Virus record (IMG/VR): IMGVR_UViG_3300017658_000002 | Location: 1-43,798 of that record | Source: a virus | Lineage: Duplodnaviria; Caudoviricetes | DNA: 43,798 nt | Direction: 5' to 3' (one strand) | Shown: positions 8,201 through 18,002 of the stretch, piece by piece | Numbering within the stretch: position 1 is the first letter of the stretch | Layout: each line of letters starts with the position of its first letter | Made by a program: the position numbers and the translations under genes | The notes under the pieces: model-generated | Databases searched by the model: none | The model's input: the letters and a program-made list of their open reading frames with translations, nothing else | Told to the model about the DNA's origin: nothing

Positions 8201-11200
8201 GCTTTCCATACGGCGTCGTCCGCGTCGCCGTACTCAGCGCGCAACTCGGGGCGCGACAGGCGCCCGGCAAGCACGCCTTCCAGGTTCACACCCTGGCCGG
8301 CCAGTTCGTCCTGCTGGGCGGCACCGTAGTCGTACTGGTTGGAATAGACCGTCGAGCCGCCCAATTCGTCAAAAAACTTCCATTCGAACTCATTGGGCTG
8401 CCAGTCGGGGCTGGTCTGATCGCGCTGCAGGTAGCCCAGCTGGCCCAGTGCCTGGCGCATTTCATCCAGCGTAAGGCCGCCCGTCTTACGCAGCACCGGC
8501 TTGCCGAAGACCGGCTGGGCGATTTTCTCTTTTGGGTCGACACCCCACTCGCTTTGCGCCTGGTCGCGCTGGATACCGCCCAGCTTGGCAATCGCCACGA
8601 AAAGGGAGTCTTGCGACGGGTCCACGATGTTCGGGTCAGACTTAGGCCCCGCCTGGGGTTGCACGCGATCTTGCGCCGACACCTTGCCGGTCAGGAACTG
8701 CCAGGCGCGATATACCGGCTGGCTCATGACTTCGCGCCGGGCGTCCATGCGCTCTTCGGCGCGGCGGGCTTCAGCGGCCTTCTGCAGGCGCTTGAGCTCC
8801 CGGCTCTTGCCATTGGTCAACCATTGCATGTCGCGCAGGCCGCGCTCGGACAGCTGCTGCTGGGCGTCCCACGTGGCGTCCTGACCCAGCGCCTGGTAGG
8901 CGGCAAATTCGTCTGGCGTCATGCCGGCCTGCTCGGGCGACTCGAACAGCGGCATCATGCTGCGGGCGTATTCGGCCGCCTTGATCTGCTCGTCGGTGGC
9001 CACCATACGGTCCATCACCGAGCGCACTTCGTTGGTCAGCTCGACGTTCAGCGCCTGCAGGTTCTTGTAGACGTTGACCAGCCAGGTGCGAAAGCGCTGG
9101 AAAATGCCCTGCATTTCGATGCTGGGGGCGTTGCCCTCGAACAGATAAGCCTCAAAGCCCCGGGCGAATTGCTCGTGGTAGCTGCGCTTTTCTTCGAAAT
9201 CAAGGTTGTACCAGGTCGTCAGGTCCGTCACGCCGAACCAGTCCAGCAGCGCCTGGGCATCTGCGACAATCTGTTGCTCACCCTCGGTCAGGCCCTGGCC
9301 TTCCTGCGCTTGCTGGGTTAATTGCGCGGCCAGGTCCAGCTGCACTTCCAGGAAAAAGTGGCCCGATTCGTGCAGGAAGGTGGACAGGTCGGCGGCTTTG
9401 AGCAGGCCGATGGTGTTGGTTTCGGGGTTAAAGAAGCCGCGCGCGCCTTGGTTCAGGATGTTGGGGTCGTTCGGGTCGAAGGTGCCACGGTTGCCTGTGG
9501 CACTCTTGATTTGCTCGGGTTTGAACGCAACCCACTGGGCTGGTTGCCCTGGTTCATCGAGCGCGGGGTCTGCTTTGATCGGCTCAACATATAGACCGTC
9601 GTAGCCCCCACGCCGCAGTTTCTTCAACACATCGGCCATGGGTTCCGAATGCGCCATTTCATCAAGTTTGCGTTGCGTAATTCTGCGCGGTTTCTTGATA
9701 TTGATATACACCGGCATCACGCTCGATCCGTACTTCCCCGCATCTGCCGCATCTGTTGCGAACCAGAAGCCGACGCCGGAGCGCATCGACATACGATTTA
9801 CTTCTGGCTTTTGGAACACTTCGAAGTCGGTGTTGGTGCCGTGATACACCACCAGCGGCTTACCGGCGGTGTCCACCACCTGGCTGTCGCCGAACCACTC
9901 GCGAAAAGCGGGCGTATCGATGGCCGCCTGGTCAAATTGCTGGCCGCCGCCCGCACCCTCAGCCACCACGCGCAGGGGGTAACGCTCGTACATCTGCTCG
10001 GCGGTCATGCCGCCGCGCGCCGCCACGTTGGCGTAGAACTCGCCCACCAGTGCGGCATAGGCGTCGTTCACCTGGGGCGTGAAGCGGTTGGCTGCGTCCA
10101 GCTGGGCCTTGACGTTGTCGCGCACGACCTCCACCGACGCCCGGGCGGCGTCGTCGGCCTGCTGGGTCGCCATAGTCTGCTCGAAGTCCTGCTCGAACCG
10201 CTGGGTTGCTTCCTGCAGGTAGGCCTGGGCCTCGATGCGGCTCATGCCCTCGGGGTCGGTCTTCAGGTGGTCCAGCAAGGGCTGGGCAAAGTCGGTGGGG
10301 GCGATGCGCGCCGCATACTCGGCCACCGGGATCTGCACACTGCCGCCAGACAGCGCGGCGGTTTCCAGTTGCTCGGCCACGCTGGGCGACACGGCGGCAA
10401 GCTGCTCGGCCAGGCCCGATTGCATCAGCAGGTTCGCGTCAATGTACACATCCTGCACCGGGCCGTCTTGTGAGGCCCGCTCGACGAACTGCTCGAAGGT
10501 GCCCGCATCGCGCTTTTGCAGGTCGGACGCTGCCGCGAGCCGGTTCAGTTCTTCCAGTAGCCGGGCGCGCTGTTCTGCTTGCTCCGCCTGCGCACGCTCG
10601 CCGGTAGCGCGGCGCACCGCCGCGTCCAGGCCGCGCATGACCGTCACCTGGCCGCCGGTACCCACAACCGTGGCGATCAGGGTTTGCGCGGCCGCACTGG
10701 GCCGCTCGGCCAGGTACGCGGAAAAGGGTTGATCAGGGTTCAGCACCGCCCATTCGTTCAGGTCTTGCAGTACCGTGGCGATCTGCTCGCCGGGCACCTC
10801 CAGCAGCATCTGGCGGGCCACCAGCTGATAGAACGGCGTACCGGCCTTCAAGTCGCCCAGCAGGCGCGACAGCGGCAAGCGCTCGGTGGCGTATTCGATA
10901 ACTGCCTGCGAGGCCCCGTAGCTAAGGGCCTGCCCAACGCCCAGCCCCTGGTCGCGTGCGTCACCGTATTCCTGGCCCGCTACGGGGGCGGTCATGGCTG
11001 TGAGCGCAGCGGCCTGCCCGCCCGGCAGCAAGGCCAGCGGCAGCGCGGCCAGGTTACGCGACAACGACGCGATGCCGCTGTAATAGCCTGCCCCCAGGAT
11101 GCCGTCTGCCTTCGGCATGAGCGCATCGGCCTGGGCCTTGATGCCTTGGCGGTAGGACGACAGCCCCTGCAGCACACGACGCATGGGGTTCTCAGGCAGC

Positions 11201-11703
11201 ACGGTGCCGGTAAGCGGGTCGAACAGGGGCGCCGCCACATCAAAAGGCATCTGGGCCAAGCCGACAATGCCCTGGTTCGCGCTGTACAAGCCAGACAGCG
11301 CAGCGCGCCCCGTGTCCTTCGCGGCGGCAAAAGCTTTCTCGACCCCGCTCAGTTGCTCGACGTCCTGCTGGGCGATCTTGGCAAAGTTGGGGTCGGCCAT
11401 CTGGCGCGCCAGAATGGGCGACGTGGACATGAGGCTCTGCAGCTGGCGCGCCTTCACATGCTTGTCCACCGCCTGGAAGTTGCGCTCGACCACGTCCTCG
11501 GGCAGGCCGCTGGCCTTGGCGAGTTCTTGCGCCGTCGCGGCGCGCTCGGGCGCTACCGCGAGCGCCTGGTCCAGCGATACCTGCAGCTGCCGGTCTTGGG
11601 CTTTCTGGTCTGCGTCCAGCAGCTGGTCGTACACGTCGGCCTGCGGTGCAGCCGTAGCGGTCTCGGTTTCCTCGTCAAGCAGTTGGTCGTAGATATCGGC
11701 CAT
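5275..11703 (-). CDS. Large internal virion / DNA ejection protein (polyvalent; ART-like and HExxH domains)
   Basis: 2142 aa, third of three ejection genes; WFGDSQVVD..GKPLVVYHGT and STFLHESGH motifs. Confidence 0.8.
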   Translation of the reverse strand: MADIYDQLLDEETETATAAPQADVYDQLLDADQKAQDRQLQVSLDQALAVAPERAATAQELAKASGLPEDVVERNFQAVDKHVKARQLQSLMSTSPILARQMADPNFAKIAQQDVEQLSGVEKAFAAAKDTGRAALSGLYSANQGIVGLAQMPFDVAAPLFDPLTGTVLPENPMRRVLQGLSSYRQGIKAQADALMPKADGILGAGYYSGIASLSRNLAALPLALLPGGQAAALTAMTAPVAGQEYGDARDQGLGVGQALSYGASQAVIEYATERLPLSRLLGDLKAGTPFYQLVARQMLLEVPGEQIATVLQDLNEWAVLNPDQPFSAYLAERPSAAAQTLIATVVGTGGQVTVMRGLDAAVRRATGERAQAEQAEQRARLLEELNRLAAASDLQKRDAGTFEQFVERASQDGPVQDVYIDANLLMQSGLAEQLAAVSPSVAEQLETAALSGGSVQIPVAEYAARIAPTDFAQPLLDHLKTDPEGMSRIEAQAYLQEATQRFEQDFEQTMATQQADDAARASVEVVRDNVKAQLDAANRFTPQVNDAYAALVGEFYANVAARGGMTAEQMYERYPLRVVAEGAGGGQQFDQAAIDTPAFREWFGDSQVVDTAGKPLVVYHGTNTDFEVFQKPEVNRMSMRSGVGFWFATDAADAGKYGSSVMPVYINIKKPRRITQRKLDEMAHSEPMADVLKKLRRGGYDGLYVEPIKADPALDEPGQPAQWVAFKPEQIKSATGNRGTFDPNDPNILNQGARGFFNPETNTIGLLKAADLSTFLHESGHFFLEVQLDLAAQLTQQAQEGQGLTEGEQQIVADAQALLDWFGVTDLTTWYNLDFEEKRSYHEQFARGFEAYLFEGNAPSIEMQGIFQRFRTWLVNVYKNLQALNVELTNEVRSVMDRMVATDEQIKAAEYARSMMPLFESPEQAGMTPDEFAAYQALGQDATWDAQQQLSERGLRDMQWLTNGKSRELKRLQKAAEARRAEERMDARREVMSQPVYRAWQFLTGKVSAQDRVQPQAGPKSDPNIVDPSQDSLFVAIAKLGGIQRDQAQSEWGVDPKEKIAQPVFGKPVLRKTGGLTLDEMRQALGQLGYLQRDQTSPDWQPNEFEWKFFDELGGSTVYSNQYDYGAAQQDELAGQGVNLEGVLAGRLSRPELRAEYGDADDAVWKALDARRMVVNDGLHPDLVAELFGFTSGDELVQALARAQPPDLEIEALTDLRMLERHGDLATPEALSRAADAAIHNDLRARVIAAEHQALAAAVGPRVATGTDARGRTRTAALVPQAARQFASTMVSRLKIRNLRPGQYTAAETRAAKAAERALREGDLEQAAAEKRNQLVNTYAAKATHAAMDEVDTALRYLKKFDSEGTRKNLDVDYLDQIDTLLERFDLRRGQSLRAIDKRTSLAEWVAEQEQAGIEPDIPAYLLHEANRQHYKNMTLEEFRGLVDTVRQVEHIGRLKKRLLTAKDQRDLDAVVNEIQASIVEASGGRTVDNERRDVLSSKLAHAFRGALATHRKAASVVREMDGFQDGGPLWEYFTRTMNEAGDREADMRADAARRLHALSKSVIAGGPMGGKGKSFPSLGRSLNRGERLAIALNWGNESNRQRLMGGKEWTAAQLQPVLDSLTATEWQFVQGVWDFFESYRPQIAAKERRVMGKEPEWIEAAPFTIRTADGQDISLRGGYYPVKYDPNQSGKAGEFAEAEEAKTMMRAAHTASTTRRSFTKARAEEVKGRPLLLTFDGIWQGANEVIHDLAWHEWLIDANKLLRRLDGTIRTRYGAEYMDVLRNAVKDTARGDIPAANTMERSLNHVRTGATVAGLGWNLTTALLQPLGLTQSIVRVGGKWIARGLSQYYGSPLHMLEKAREVRAKSPMMENRALTMNREINDVRNRLAARSDWGLKLEASFFVFIQKVQAGVDYPTWLGAYEKAIAAGQEEDRAIALADQAVIDSQGSGQIKDLAQIQRGHPAMKLFTNFYSYFSTLMNLTTEQTRARLGKKQYAALAGDYVLLLVLPAVLGAVLRNVLKGEDDEDKYLEDILSELVGYPFGMFVGLREMAGAAQALAGVGGPFQYGGPAGLRLIGEIERLAKQIDQGEPDMALFKAANNTAGILFHYPAGQVNRLVEGAAALIEGKTANPLAPLAGVRR

Positions 11704-11715
11704 GCAGCGCCTCGA

Positions 11716-13881
11716 TTATTTGGGTTTGCCGGCGCGTACCCACAGTTCGGCAACGGCTTGTTCGGTAACGGGCCGGCCGCGGGCCTGCAGCTTGGACGCG
11801 ATCAGCACCCGCTGGTCGGTGGGGATCGACGACAGCGGCACGTCTTCACCGTTGACTGTGACATACGCACGCGCCAGGTCTTCAGGCGCCATGAGCGCAA
11901 TGGGCTGCTCGTGGTCGAACCACAGGGTTCGCGGCACGAAGGCCTTGTCAATCAACACGTGATCGATAATGCGCTGCAGTTCTTCGCTGTTGGCCTTACG
12001 CTTGCCCTCCAGGTCGACGCGCTCGAACTGACGCACGCGGTCATCCACCAGCTGCGAGAACTGCGCGAAGGCCTTGGATTCGTCCTCATCGGGCTTGCCG
12101 TCGGCGGGCAGAATGCCCGCGTTGATGGCGCCCTGCTTCACGCGGTTCGCCGTGGTAATGATTTCCAGGTGCTTTTCGCTGGCCACGCCTTTGGCGTCGT
12201 CCAATAGCGCGTAACCCTTTTCCAGGTGGGCGTCATCCAGCACAGGACGAAACTGGCGGTAGAACTCGATGGGCGACATGGCCGCAAGCTCGCCGCGCGG
12301 CAGGCTCAGTATCTGGGCCCAGGCCTCGGGCCGGTGGGTAATGCCGTCCTTTGCAAGTTTGCGGCCGAACTCCATCACGCTGTTCAGCTTGTCGCCCGGA
12401 ATGGCTGCGCGCAGGCGTGCCGGCAGCGCAGCGAAGTCGCCACCGTTGGCATACAGTTCGCGGTATGCGGCGTCCACGGCTTCCGCTTCGCGCTGCTCGA
12501 TGGCTTCGGTGGTCGCCTTGTAATCGGCCTCCAGGCGGTCTTCGGCGTGCTTCAGCCGGGCCGGGTTGTTGGCAAGCTCGGGCTGCTCGCGCAGGGCCGC
12601 GCGCATTTCGGCCAGGGTCGGGCGCGGTGGCTTGCCGGCACCGGCGCCGTATTCGGCGGTACCACGCTGCACATAGTCGCGGGTTTCCTTCGGGGCAGCT
12701 GCGAACCAGGCTTCCTTGTGCTGCTTGATGGCGGCGTCGAGGTTGCCCGGCCCCCAGTTGTAGGCGGCCAGGGCCTTGGGCACATCGCCGTCGTAACGCT
12801 TGAGCATGGCGGCCAGGTAGTCCCGGCCCACACGTGCCCGCTCTTCGGGGCTGCTATCGCGCGCGGGCGTTACGCCGAAGCCGGGGTCTTTGTTGGTGCC
12901 GTCGAGCACCTGCATTTCGCCCTTGGCGCCTTTGGACGACTCGAGCAACTGGCCGTCATCGCCATACCGCCGCCCGCCTGATTCCATGCCCATGACGATG
13001 TTGGTCAGCCGGTCGAAGTCGCCAGGCTCGACGCGGGGCGAATAGCGCGCAAAGACCTGGGCGCCGATGTTGTCGCCTACCTGCAAATCCATGGTCTTCG
13101 TGATCTGGCCGCGCACCTTGAGAATATCGTCGGCCTGCATTTGACCGGCGTACTTCTTCAAGTAGCCGTCGGCGTACAGCACGTCGTTGTTTTCCAGTGC
13201 CGCCGAGAGGGCCAACGTGTGCGCCTGGCTGGTCATACTGCGCACCTGCGCTTCCTGCCACTCTGCCGACTTGCCCAGTAACTGGGCCTGTTGGTGGGTG
13301 TGGGCCTTGATGCGCTTGATGGCGTTGTCGATCGCTTCGGGGTTGTTCCACGACAGCGCGACCTCGCGCAGGGCCGTGGCCTGCACGCCCTCGGACACGC
13401 TCAGCGCATAGGTGCGGAACTCGTCGGCCTCGTGCTTGATGACCTGGCCGCGAAAATTGGTCAGAATTCCGCCCGCCGCCCGCGCAAACGCCGCGCGCTG
13501 TGCGTCGTTGCCCAGGCCCTCGCTGATGCTCGACACCTGTTGCTGCAGCACGTCGCCGTACTCGTCGGCCAGCGGGCGCCCATCAGGACGCTGCAGCGCG
13601 TTGACGCCGCGAAGATTGCTGTAGCCCGCTTCCGGGTCGTAGGTCAGGCGCAGAGCCTGCTCTTTGATCTGGTTCAGGGCATCGTCAACGCGCAGCTGAT
13701 TCGCCTGTTCCTGCAGGTCCAGCGCCACGGCGCCCGCCTGCTGGCCGGCGGCACCGGCCATTTGCCCCATCTGCTGCAACTGGCGGCCGGCCACGTCGGG
13801 CATGTCCAACGGCTGGATGCCTGCTTGCGGCAGCGCGTTCTGCGATACCTGGAAGTTGTCATAGGTGGGTACGCGCGGCAT
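11716..13881 (-). CDS. Internal virion protein with lytic transglycosylase (SLT) domain
   Basis: MESGG, GAKGEMQV, ALAAYNWGPG and ETRDYV motifs; start placed at MPRVPTY. Confidence 0.85.
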   Translation of the reverse strand: MPRVPTYDNFQVSQNALPQAGIQPLDMPDVAGRQLQQMGQMAGAAGQQAGAVALDLQEQANQLRVDDALNQIKEQALRLTYDPEAGYSNLRGVNALQRPDGRPLADEYGDVLQQQVSSISEGLGNDAQRAAFARAAGGILTNFRGQVIKHEADEFRTYALSVSEGVQATALREVALSWNNPEAIDNAIKRIKAHTHQQAQLLGKSAEWQEAQVRSMTSQAHTLALSAALENNDVLYADGYLKKYAGQMQADDILKVRGQITKTMDLQVGDNIGAQVFARYSPRVEPGDFDRLTNIVMGMESGGRRYGDDGQLLESSKGAKGEMQVLDGTNKDPGFGVTPARDSSPEERARVGRDYLAAMLKRYDGDVPKALAAYNWGPGNLDAAIKQHKEAWFAAAPKETRDYVQRGTAEYGAGAGKPPRPTLAEMRAALREQPELANNPARLKHAEDRLEADYKATTEAIEQREAEAVDAAYRELYANGGDFAALPARLRAAIPGDKLNSVMEFGRKLAKDGITHRPEAWAQILSLPRGELAAMSPIEFYRQFRPVLDDAHLEKGYALLDDAKGVASEKHLEIITTANRVKQGAINAGILPADGKPDEDESKAFAQFSQLVDDRVRQFERVDLEGKRKANSEELQRIIDHVLIDKAFVPRTLWFDHEQPIALMAPEDLARAYVTVNGEDVPLSSIPTDQRVLIASKLQARGRPVTEQAVAELWVRAGKPK

Positions 13882-13883
13882 TA

Positions 13884-14474
13884 CTACCACCATCCCTTAT
13901 CGGCGGCCAGGGCGTCGATGGATTCGTACTGCGCACCGCCGCCGAAGGTGCCGGCCTGGCTCATGCGGTACCAACTGGTGGCCACGTTGGCGGCGCCGCT
14001 GAGCAGGTTGGTCGCTCCCACGCCGAACGGGCTAATGCCGCCGGCAGCGGCCCGGGCCATGCCGGCCTGGTTCTGGTAGTTCACCCCCTGGGTGCGGTAC
14101 CCCCACGCACTGCGCAGCGCGTTCGCCCGGATGGTGTTGGAGTCTATTTCCTTCATGAGGTCGGTTGAGGCCTGCGCCTCGGCTGCGTTGCCGACGCCCA
14201 GGTCTACCCCGTTGGCGGCCAGGGCGGCGCGTTGGCGACCCTTGAGCCGTCCGGCCTGCAGGGTAAGCGCGGCATTCTGCTGCTTGCCCTGTTCCAGCGC
14301 GGACTGCGCACCAAGCTCGGCAATGCGCGCGTTGATCCCGGCCAGGGTGGCCTGGTGCTTCAGGTTGCTGGCCTGGGTCTTGGCGCCGTAGTAGCTGCCA
14401 AACGCCGACGACACAGCGCCGAACGTCTGCAAGCCCAGCGAGAGATTGCCCCAGAATCCGGGAGTAGATGCCAT
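13884..14474 (-). CDS. Small internal virion / ejection protein
   Basis: Gly/Ala-rich; GRQRAALAANGVDL motif; first of the ejection trio. Confidence 0.7.
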   Translation of the reverse strand: MASTPGFWGNLSLGLQTFGAVSSAFGSYYGAKTQASNLKHQATLAGINARIAELGAQSALEQGKQQNAALTLQAGRLKGRQRAALAANGVDLGVGNAAEAQASTDLMKEIDSNTIRANALRSAWGYRTQGVNYQNQAGMARAAAGGISPFGVGATNLLSGAANVATSWYRMSQAGTFGGGAQYESIDALAADKGWW

Positions 14475-14503
14475 GGTCGTGCTCGTATCAGGTGGTTGAC
14501 GCC

Positions 14504-14535
14504 ACCATAAGGGCGCAACCGGCGGCTACGTGCAC
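14504..14535 (-). promoter_or_regulatory. Putative late promoter (ejection operon): GTGCACGTA-N17-TATGGT
   Basis: Exact motif in the intergenic gap. Confidence 0.75.
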
Positions 14536-14537
14536 CA

Positions 14538-16598
14538 CTAGCCGCCCAGCGCCACTTCCAGCGTCAGGCCCACCACGGTTAGGGGCAGCGGGTCGTACTG
14601 GCGTACGAACACCTGGCCGCTGTCGCCCCAGCTGGGCGGCACCACGATCAGGATTTCTTCTGACTTCAGCCCGGGGGGTGCCCCGTAGGGCTCGTTCGTG
14701 CGCTGCTTGGCCTCGACCAGGTGGTCGGCGTCGGGTCCGATCCAGATGCCGCTGGATTCATAGACGCGCAGCCAGGCCTTGTTCACGTTCTTGTACCGCC
14801 CCTGGCCGAAGCTGCCGTCAGGCAGGCCCACGGCAAGCGGCAAGGTCTGCATATCGGCGAAGATCGGCAGACCCACCTGCACCGTTTCGGCGGGGTGCTC
14901 GAGGGTTACCTTGCCGTCGACGACGACCTGCTGGGGGTGCACGGCGCCATCGGCCAAGATGCTGACCAGTTCGCCTTCCAGGTGATCCAGGCCGCTGATG
15001 ACCGTGGCGGCCGGGCCCGTGTACGTCAGGCCGCAATCTACGAAGAACGCGTCGGCCTGGTCAACGAACTGACGGCTGGCCATACGCTCGACAAAGCGCC
15101 GCTGCACGCCGTTGATTTCACGGCGCACCACAGCGTACAGCACGTCCTCGTGCCCCTCGGCCACCACGGCCACCGACTCAAAGGTACCGGCCGTGTCGTG
15201 CCAGTGCCACGCGCCGATCTGCTGCTCGGGTACATAGGTCAGACCCAGCAGCTTGCCGTTGGAACTCACGAACCACACGATGGGAATGGGCGCCTTGGAG
15301 TAGCCCATGTCGGCAATGCCCAGGTTGTCGAACAGGTGTGGCGCACGCAGGCTAAGGTCGCCCGTGACAAACCCGCCCGACTGCCAGTTGTAGCCGCATT
15401 CGCGCACGTGTCCGCCGCGCGAAGCGCAGTAGATCAGGGTGTTGTTGATGATGACCGGCTGCACGTTGCTGGCGCCCACATACGACTGGGGGCGCACGCT
15501 GATGGTGGTGGGTGTGATGGCATCGCTATTGAGCGAGGTAACCCGCCACTCGGCTGAACTCGTCAGCAACAGCAACTCGGTCAGCGGCACAATGTGCCGA
15601 ATGGTGTTGGCTTCGCGTGCGGCTACGCGAAAGCTGATGCGGTCGTCGTCCACCAGGGGCAGCGAGTACGACATATCCGATTCGGTGCCGCTGCGCGTCA
15701 TCCAGATGTTCTGAGGCTTGTTCAAGGTGCCGGCGAAGGTGCGCCGCTGCTCGAAGTAGCTCACGGCGCCCGGGTAGTTGCCGGCGGAATTGAACACGGT
15801 TTCGTACAGCGGGGGTGTTTTCGACAGGTCCGGGTCGATGTCGTCATCCAGAATCGACAGGCTGCTGGTTTGTCCGATATAGCCGTACATGCCGCCTTGC
15901 AGCTTATACACGTTGTAGCGCGTGGCGCCCGACACCGCCGCCCATTCCACCTTGATGCGCTGGCCGGTCTGGTACAGGTTGGCTTCGATGGTGGCCGTGG
16001 GCGAGGCCGACGACTCGCTGATTTCATCGGCGCCGATGGCCGTAACCACGTAGGTGTAGTCGTAGCGGTCTTCTGCAGTGCCGTCGCCGCTGAACAGCCG
16101 GGTCAGTGAGGGTGCAGAGGGCGCCGCCGGCGGTGCGAAGCTGATTACGGCCAATTGCCAGTTCGTTGCGCCTAATCGCCGCAATTCGCGCGGTGCATAG
16201 TTTGGGTGCACCAGGGTCAGCACGTCCGCCGACTGCACGTAGTGGATGTCGAACAGGTCGGCTTCGGTGTAGGGGTTGGCCACCTCGTAGGGCGAACCGC
16301 CATCCAGCAACGTGCCGCCCATGGTGTGGAAGCGAAAGAACCCCGGGCTCATTTCGATAACCATGGTTTGCGTGGTCGAAAAGGTAAACGGCAGCAAGCG
16401 CGTGCGCTTGCTCGAGTCTTTTACCTCGCGCACAAAGGCCAGGCCGGCCCGGTTCTCGGCAGGGCCGTGCGGCTTGGTGATGAAGTTGCGGCACTTGGCC
16501 AGGCCGCTCTGGTATTTGACATCGTCGATGCGACCGAAGAACTCAGGCGTGACCTCGCCCCCGCCGAACGAACGCTGCAGATATCGCACGTTGGCCAT
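14538..16598 (-). CDS. Tail nozzle / tail tubular protein B
   Basis: QRSFGGGEVTP N-terminus, YPGAVSYFEQR, 686 aa, follows the adaptor gene. Confidence 0.8.
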   Translation of the reverse strand: MANVRYLQRSFGGGEVTPEFFGRIDDVKYQSGLAKCRNFITKPHGPAENRAGLAFVREVKDSSKRTRLLPFTFSTTQTMVIEMSPGFFRFHTMGGTLLDGGSPYEVANPYTEADLFDIHYVQSADVLTLVHPNYAPRELRRLGATNWQLAVISFAPPAAPSAPSLTRLFSGDGTAEDRYDYTYVVTAIGADEISESSASPTATIEANLYQTGQRIKVEWAAVSGATRYNVYKLQGGMYGYIGQTSSLSILDDDIDPDLSKTPPLYETVFNSAGNYPGAVSYFEQRRTFAGTLNKPQNIWMTRSGTESDMSYSLPLVDDDRISFRVAAREANTIRHIVPLTELLLLTSSAEWRVTSLNSDAITPTTISVRPQSYVGASNVQPVIINNTLIYCASRGGHVRECGYNWQSGGFVTGDLSLRAPHLFDNLGIADMGYSKAPIPIVWFVSSNGKLLGLTYVPEQQIGAWHWHDTAGTFESVAVVAEGHEDVLYAVVRREINGVQRRFVERMASRQFVDQADAFFVDCGLTYTGPAATVISGLDHLEGELVSILADGAVHPQQVVVDGKVTLEHPAETVQVGLPIFADMQTLPLAVGLPDGSFGQGRYKNVNKAWLRVYESSGIWIGPDADHLVEAKQRTNEPYGAPPGLKSEEILIVVPPSWGDSGQVFVRQYDPLPLTVVGLTLEVALGG

Positions 16599-16601
16599 GG
16601 G

Positions 16602-17258
16602 CTACGGCCTCCAGCCGATAGGCATATCGAGCGCAGCACCGCGCGCGGCGATCCACGAGGGGCGATGTTGCAGCTGCAGGTGACGCTGGTTGGCGTCCTG
16701 CGTCTTGGCCTGCGAGACAAAAGCCTGCATCATCTGTGCACAACGCTTGGCCTCGGCCATGCCGGCATCGCCCTTGATAAGCGGGCCGGCCAGCAACGAC
16801 GCCAGCTGCCAGGTCAGGGCCGTGACGAATAATGGTGAAAAGCGCGCCGTGTCGCGAACGCGCACGATGTAGCGGGCCGTGGCGTTCTGCACATTGCAGT
16901 AGATGACGCCGGCACCGTTTGTCGTAGATTCGCGCACGAAGGGGTGCTCGGGGATTTGCGGCACGGCGCCTGGGTCGGCCTCGCCGGGCGCCATCACGGC
17001 CAGGATGTCGAGGGCATCGGTGGGCGTGGCATAGGCGTAGTTCCACCCCACGGGCGCCGCCCCCAGTTGAGCCAGCGCGATGCGCCGCGTGGCAAAACCC
17101 CAGGTGTGCATCGACAACAGCGCGTCGCGGGCCTGCGGGTAGAACCGGGCGCAGTGCTCGGCCTGCGCAGAGCCTTCGGGCGGGTCCAGGCTGGCTACGG
17201 TGGCGGTGTCGCCCAGGTGGCCCAGGGCCACGTTGCAGATTTCAACTTCGCTTGCCAT
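16602..17258 (-). CDS. Head-tail adaptor / tail tubular protein A
   Basis: SEVEICNVALGHLG, HTWGFATRR and WNYAYATP motifs. Confidence 0.8.
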   Translation of the reverse strand: MASEVEICNVALGHLGDTATVASLDPPEGSAQAEHCARFYPQARDALLSMHTWGFATRRIALAQLGAAPVGWNYAYATPTDALDILAVMAPGEADPGAVPQIPEHPFVRESTTNGAGVIYCNVQNATARYIVRVRDTARFSPLFVTALTWQLASLLAGPLIKGDAGMAEAKRCAQMMQAFVSQAKTQDANQRHLQLQHRPSWIAARGAALDMPIGWRP

Positions 17259-17271
17259 ACGGTCCTCGGAT

Positions 17272-17297
17272 AAAGAACGGGGGCGCGCGGCCCCCGT
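17272..17297 (-). terminator. Rho-independent terminator after the capsid genes
   Basis: ACGGGGGC-loop-GCCCCCGT followed by TCTTT on the minus strand. Confidence 0.65.
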
Positions 17298-17323
17298 ATC
17301 CTGTCACTGGCCGGCGGCCTGGC

Positions 17324-17560
17324 TTAAACCAGGTCGTCGGCGCCCTTGCCCTTACCGGATGCGGCCTTGGCTTCGGCTTCCGCTTTGGCCTTGGCTTCGG
17401 CTTCCGTTTTGGCCTTGGCTTCGGCGGCAGAGGGTTGACGGGCCGGGGGCTTTCCGACCGGCTCGTACCAGGAGCCCTTCGAGCCGTCCGCGACGTCGAA
17501 CTTGTCGCCAACCTGGCGTAGCTTGCCGTGGAACCCCACGGCGGTGGCAATCACTTGCAT
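17324..17560 (-). CDS. Small head-operon protein with AEAKAK repeats, ending ADDLV
   Basis: AAGGAGG SD; 78 aa; directly after the cement gene. Confidence 0.75.
   Translation of the reverse strand: MQVIATAVGFHGKLRQVGDKFDVADGSKGSWYEPVGKPPARQPSAAEAKAKTEAEAKAKAEAEAKAASGKGKGADDLV
17363..17425. repeat. 24-bp tandem repeat, about 2.6 copies
   Basis: GGCCTTGGCTTCGGC starts at 17363, 17387 and 17411. Confidence 0.85.
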
Positions 17561-17572
17561 GGCGCGGCCTCC

Positions 17573-17983
17573 TTACGCTGCGGGGTGCGGGGTGTTGGCC
17601 TGCACACCTTCGACCACCTGGGCCGAGAACTTGCCAGCCGTAAGCGGGCCGGTGCCGACGGTGTAGTTGGCGCGTACGTAGCGCCGATGGGTCGCGGGCA
17701 TGGGCAGGATGAATTGGGCGCCGGCCACCAGACTGGCCTTAGGCACGGAGCCACTAGATACCACGGTGGCGAAGCTGGAGTTGTCCGCCGAGTCCTGAAT
17801 GGCAAACGTGACAGTGGCCGCGCCTTCGGCGGTCGCCGTTTCACCCACGGTAAACACCATGTCCAGGCGATCGTGCAGACCGGTGTTGGGGTCGGTTTGG
17901 CCGAAGTCGATAACGTCGGTGGATGCAGCAGTAGCCGTTACCGCCTGGTCGTCCGACACCTTGAGGAAGTGGTCGATAATCAT
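17573..17983 (-). CDS. Capsid cement protein (Bbp16-like)
   Basis: MIIDHFL..SDDQAVTATAASTDVIDFG and RRYVRANYTV..GP.TAG motifs; follows MCP; GGAG SD supports ATG 17983. Confidence 0.8.
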   Translation of the reverse strand: MIIDHFLKVSDDQAVTATAASTDVIDFGQTDPNTGLHDRLDMVFTVGETATAEGAATVTFAIQDSADNSSFATVVSSGSVPKASLVAGAQFILPMPATHRRYVRANYTVGTGPLTAGKFSAQVVEGVQANTPHPAA

Positions 17984-18002
17984 GGTTCTAATCTCCATTT
18001 CT

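Noticed and set aside
5971-13351. Long plus-strand ORFs (for example 5971-8142, 10579-12207)
   Set aside because: Antisense shadows of high-GC coding genes with no recognisable motifs.
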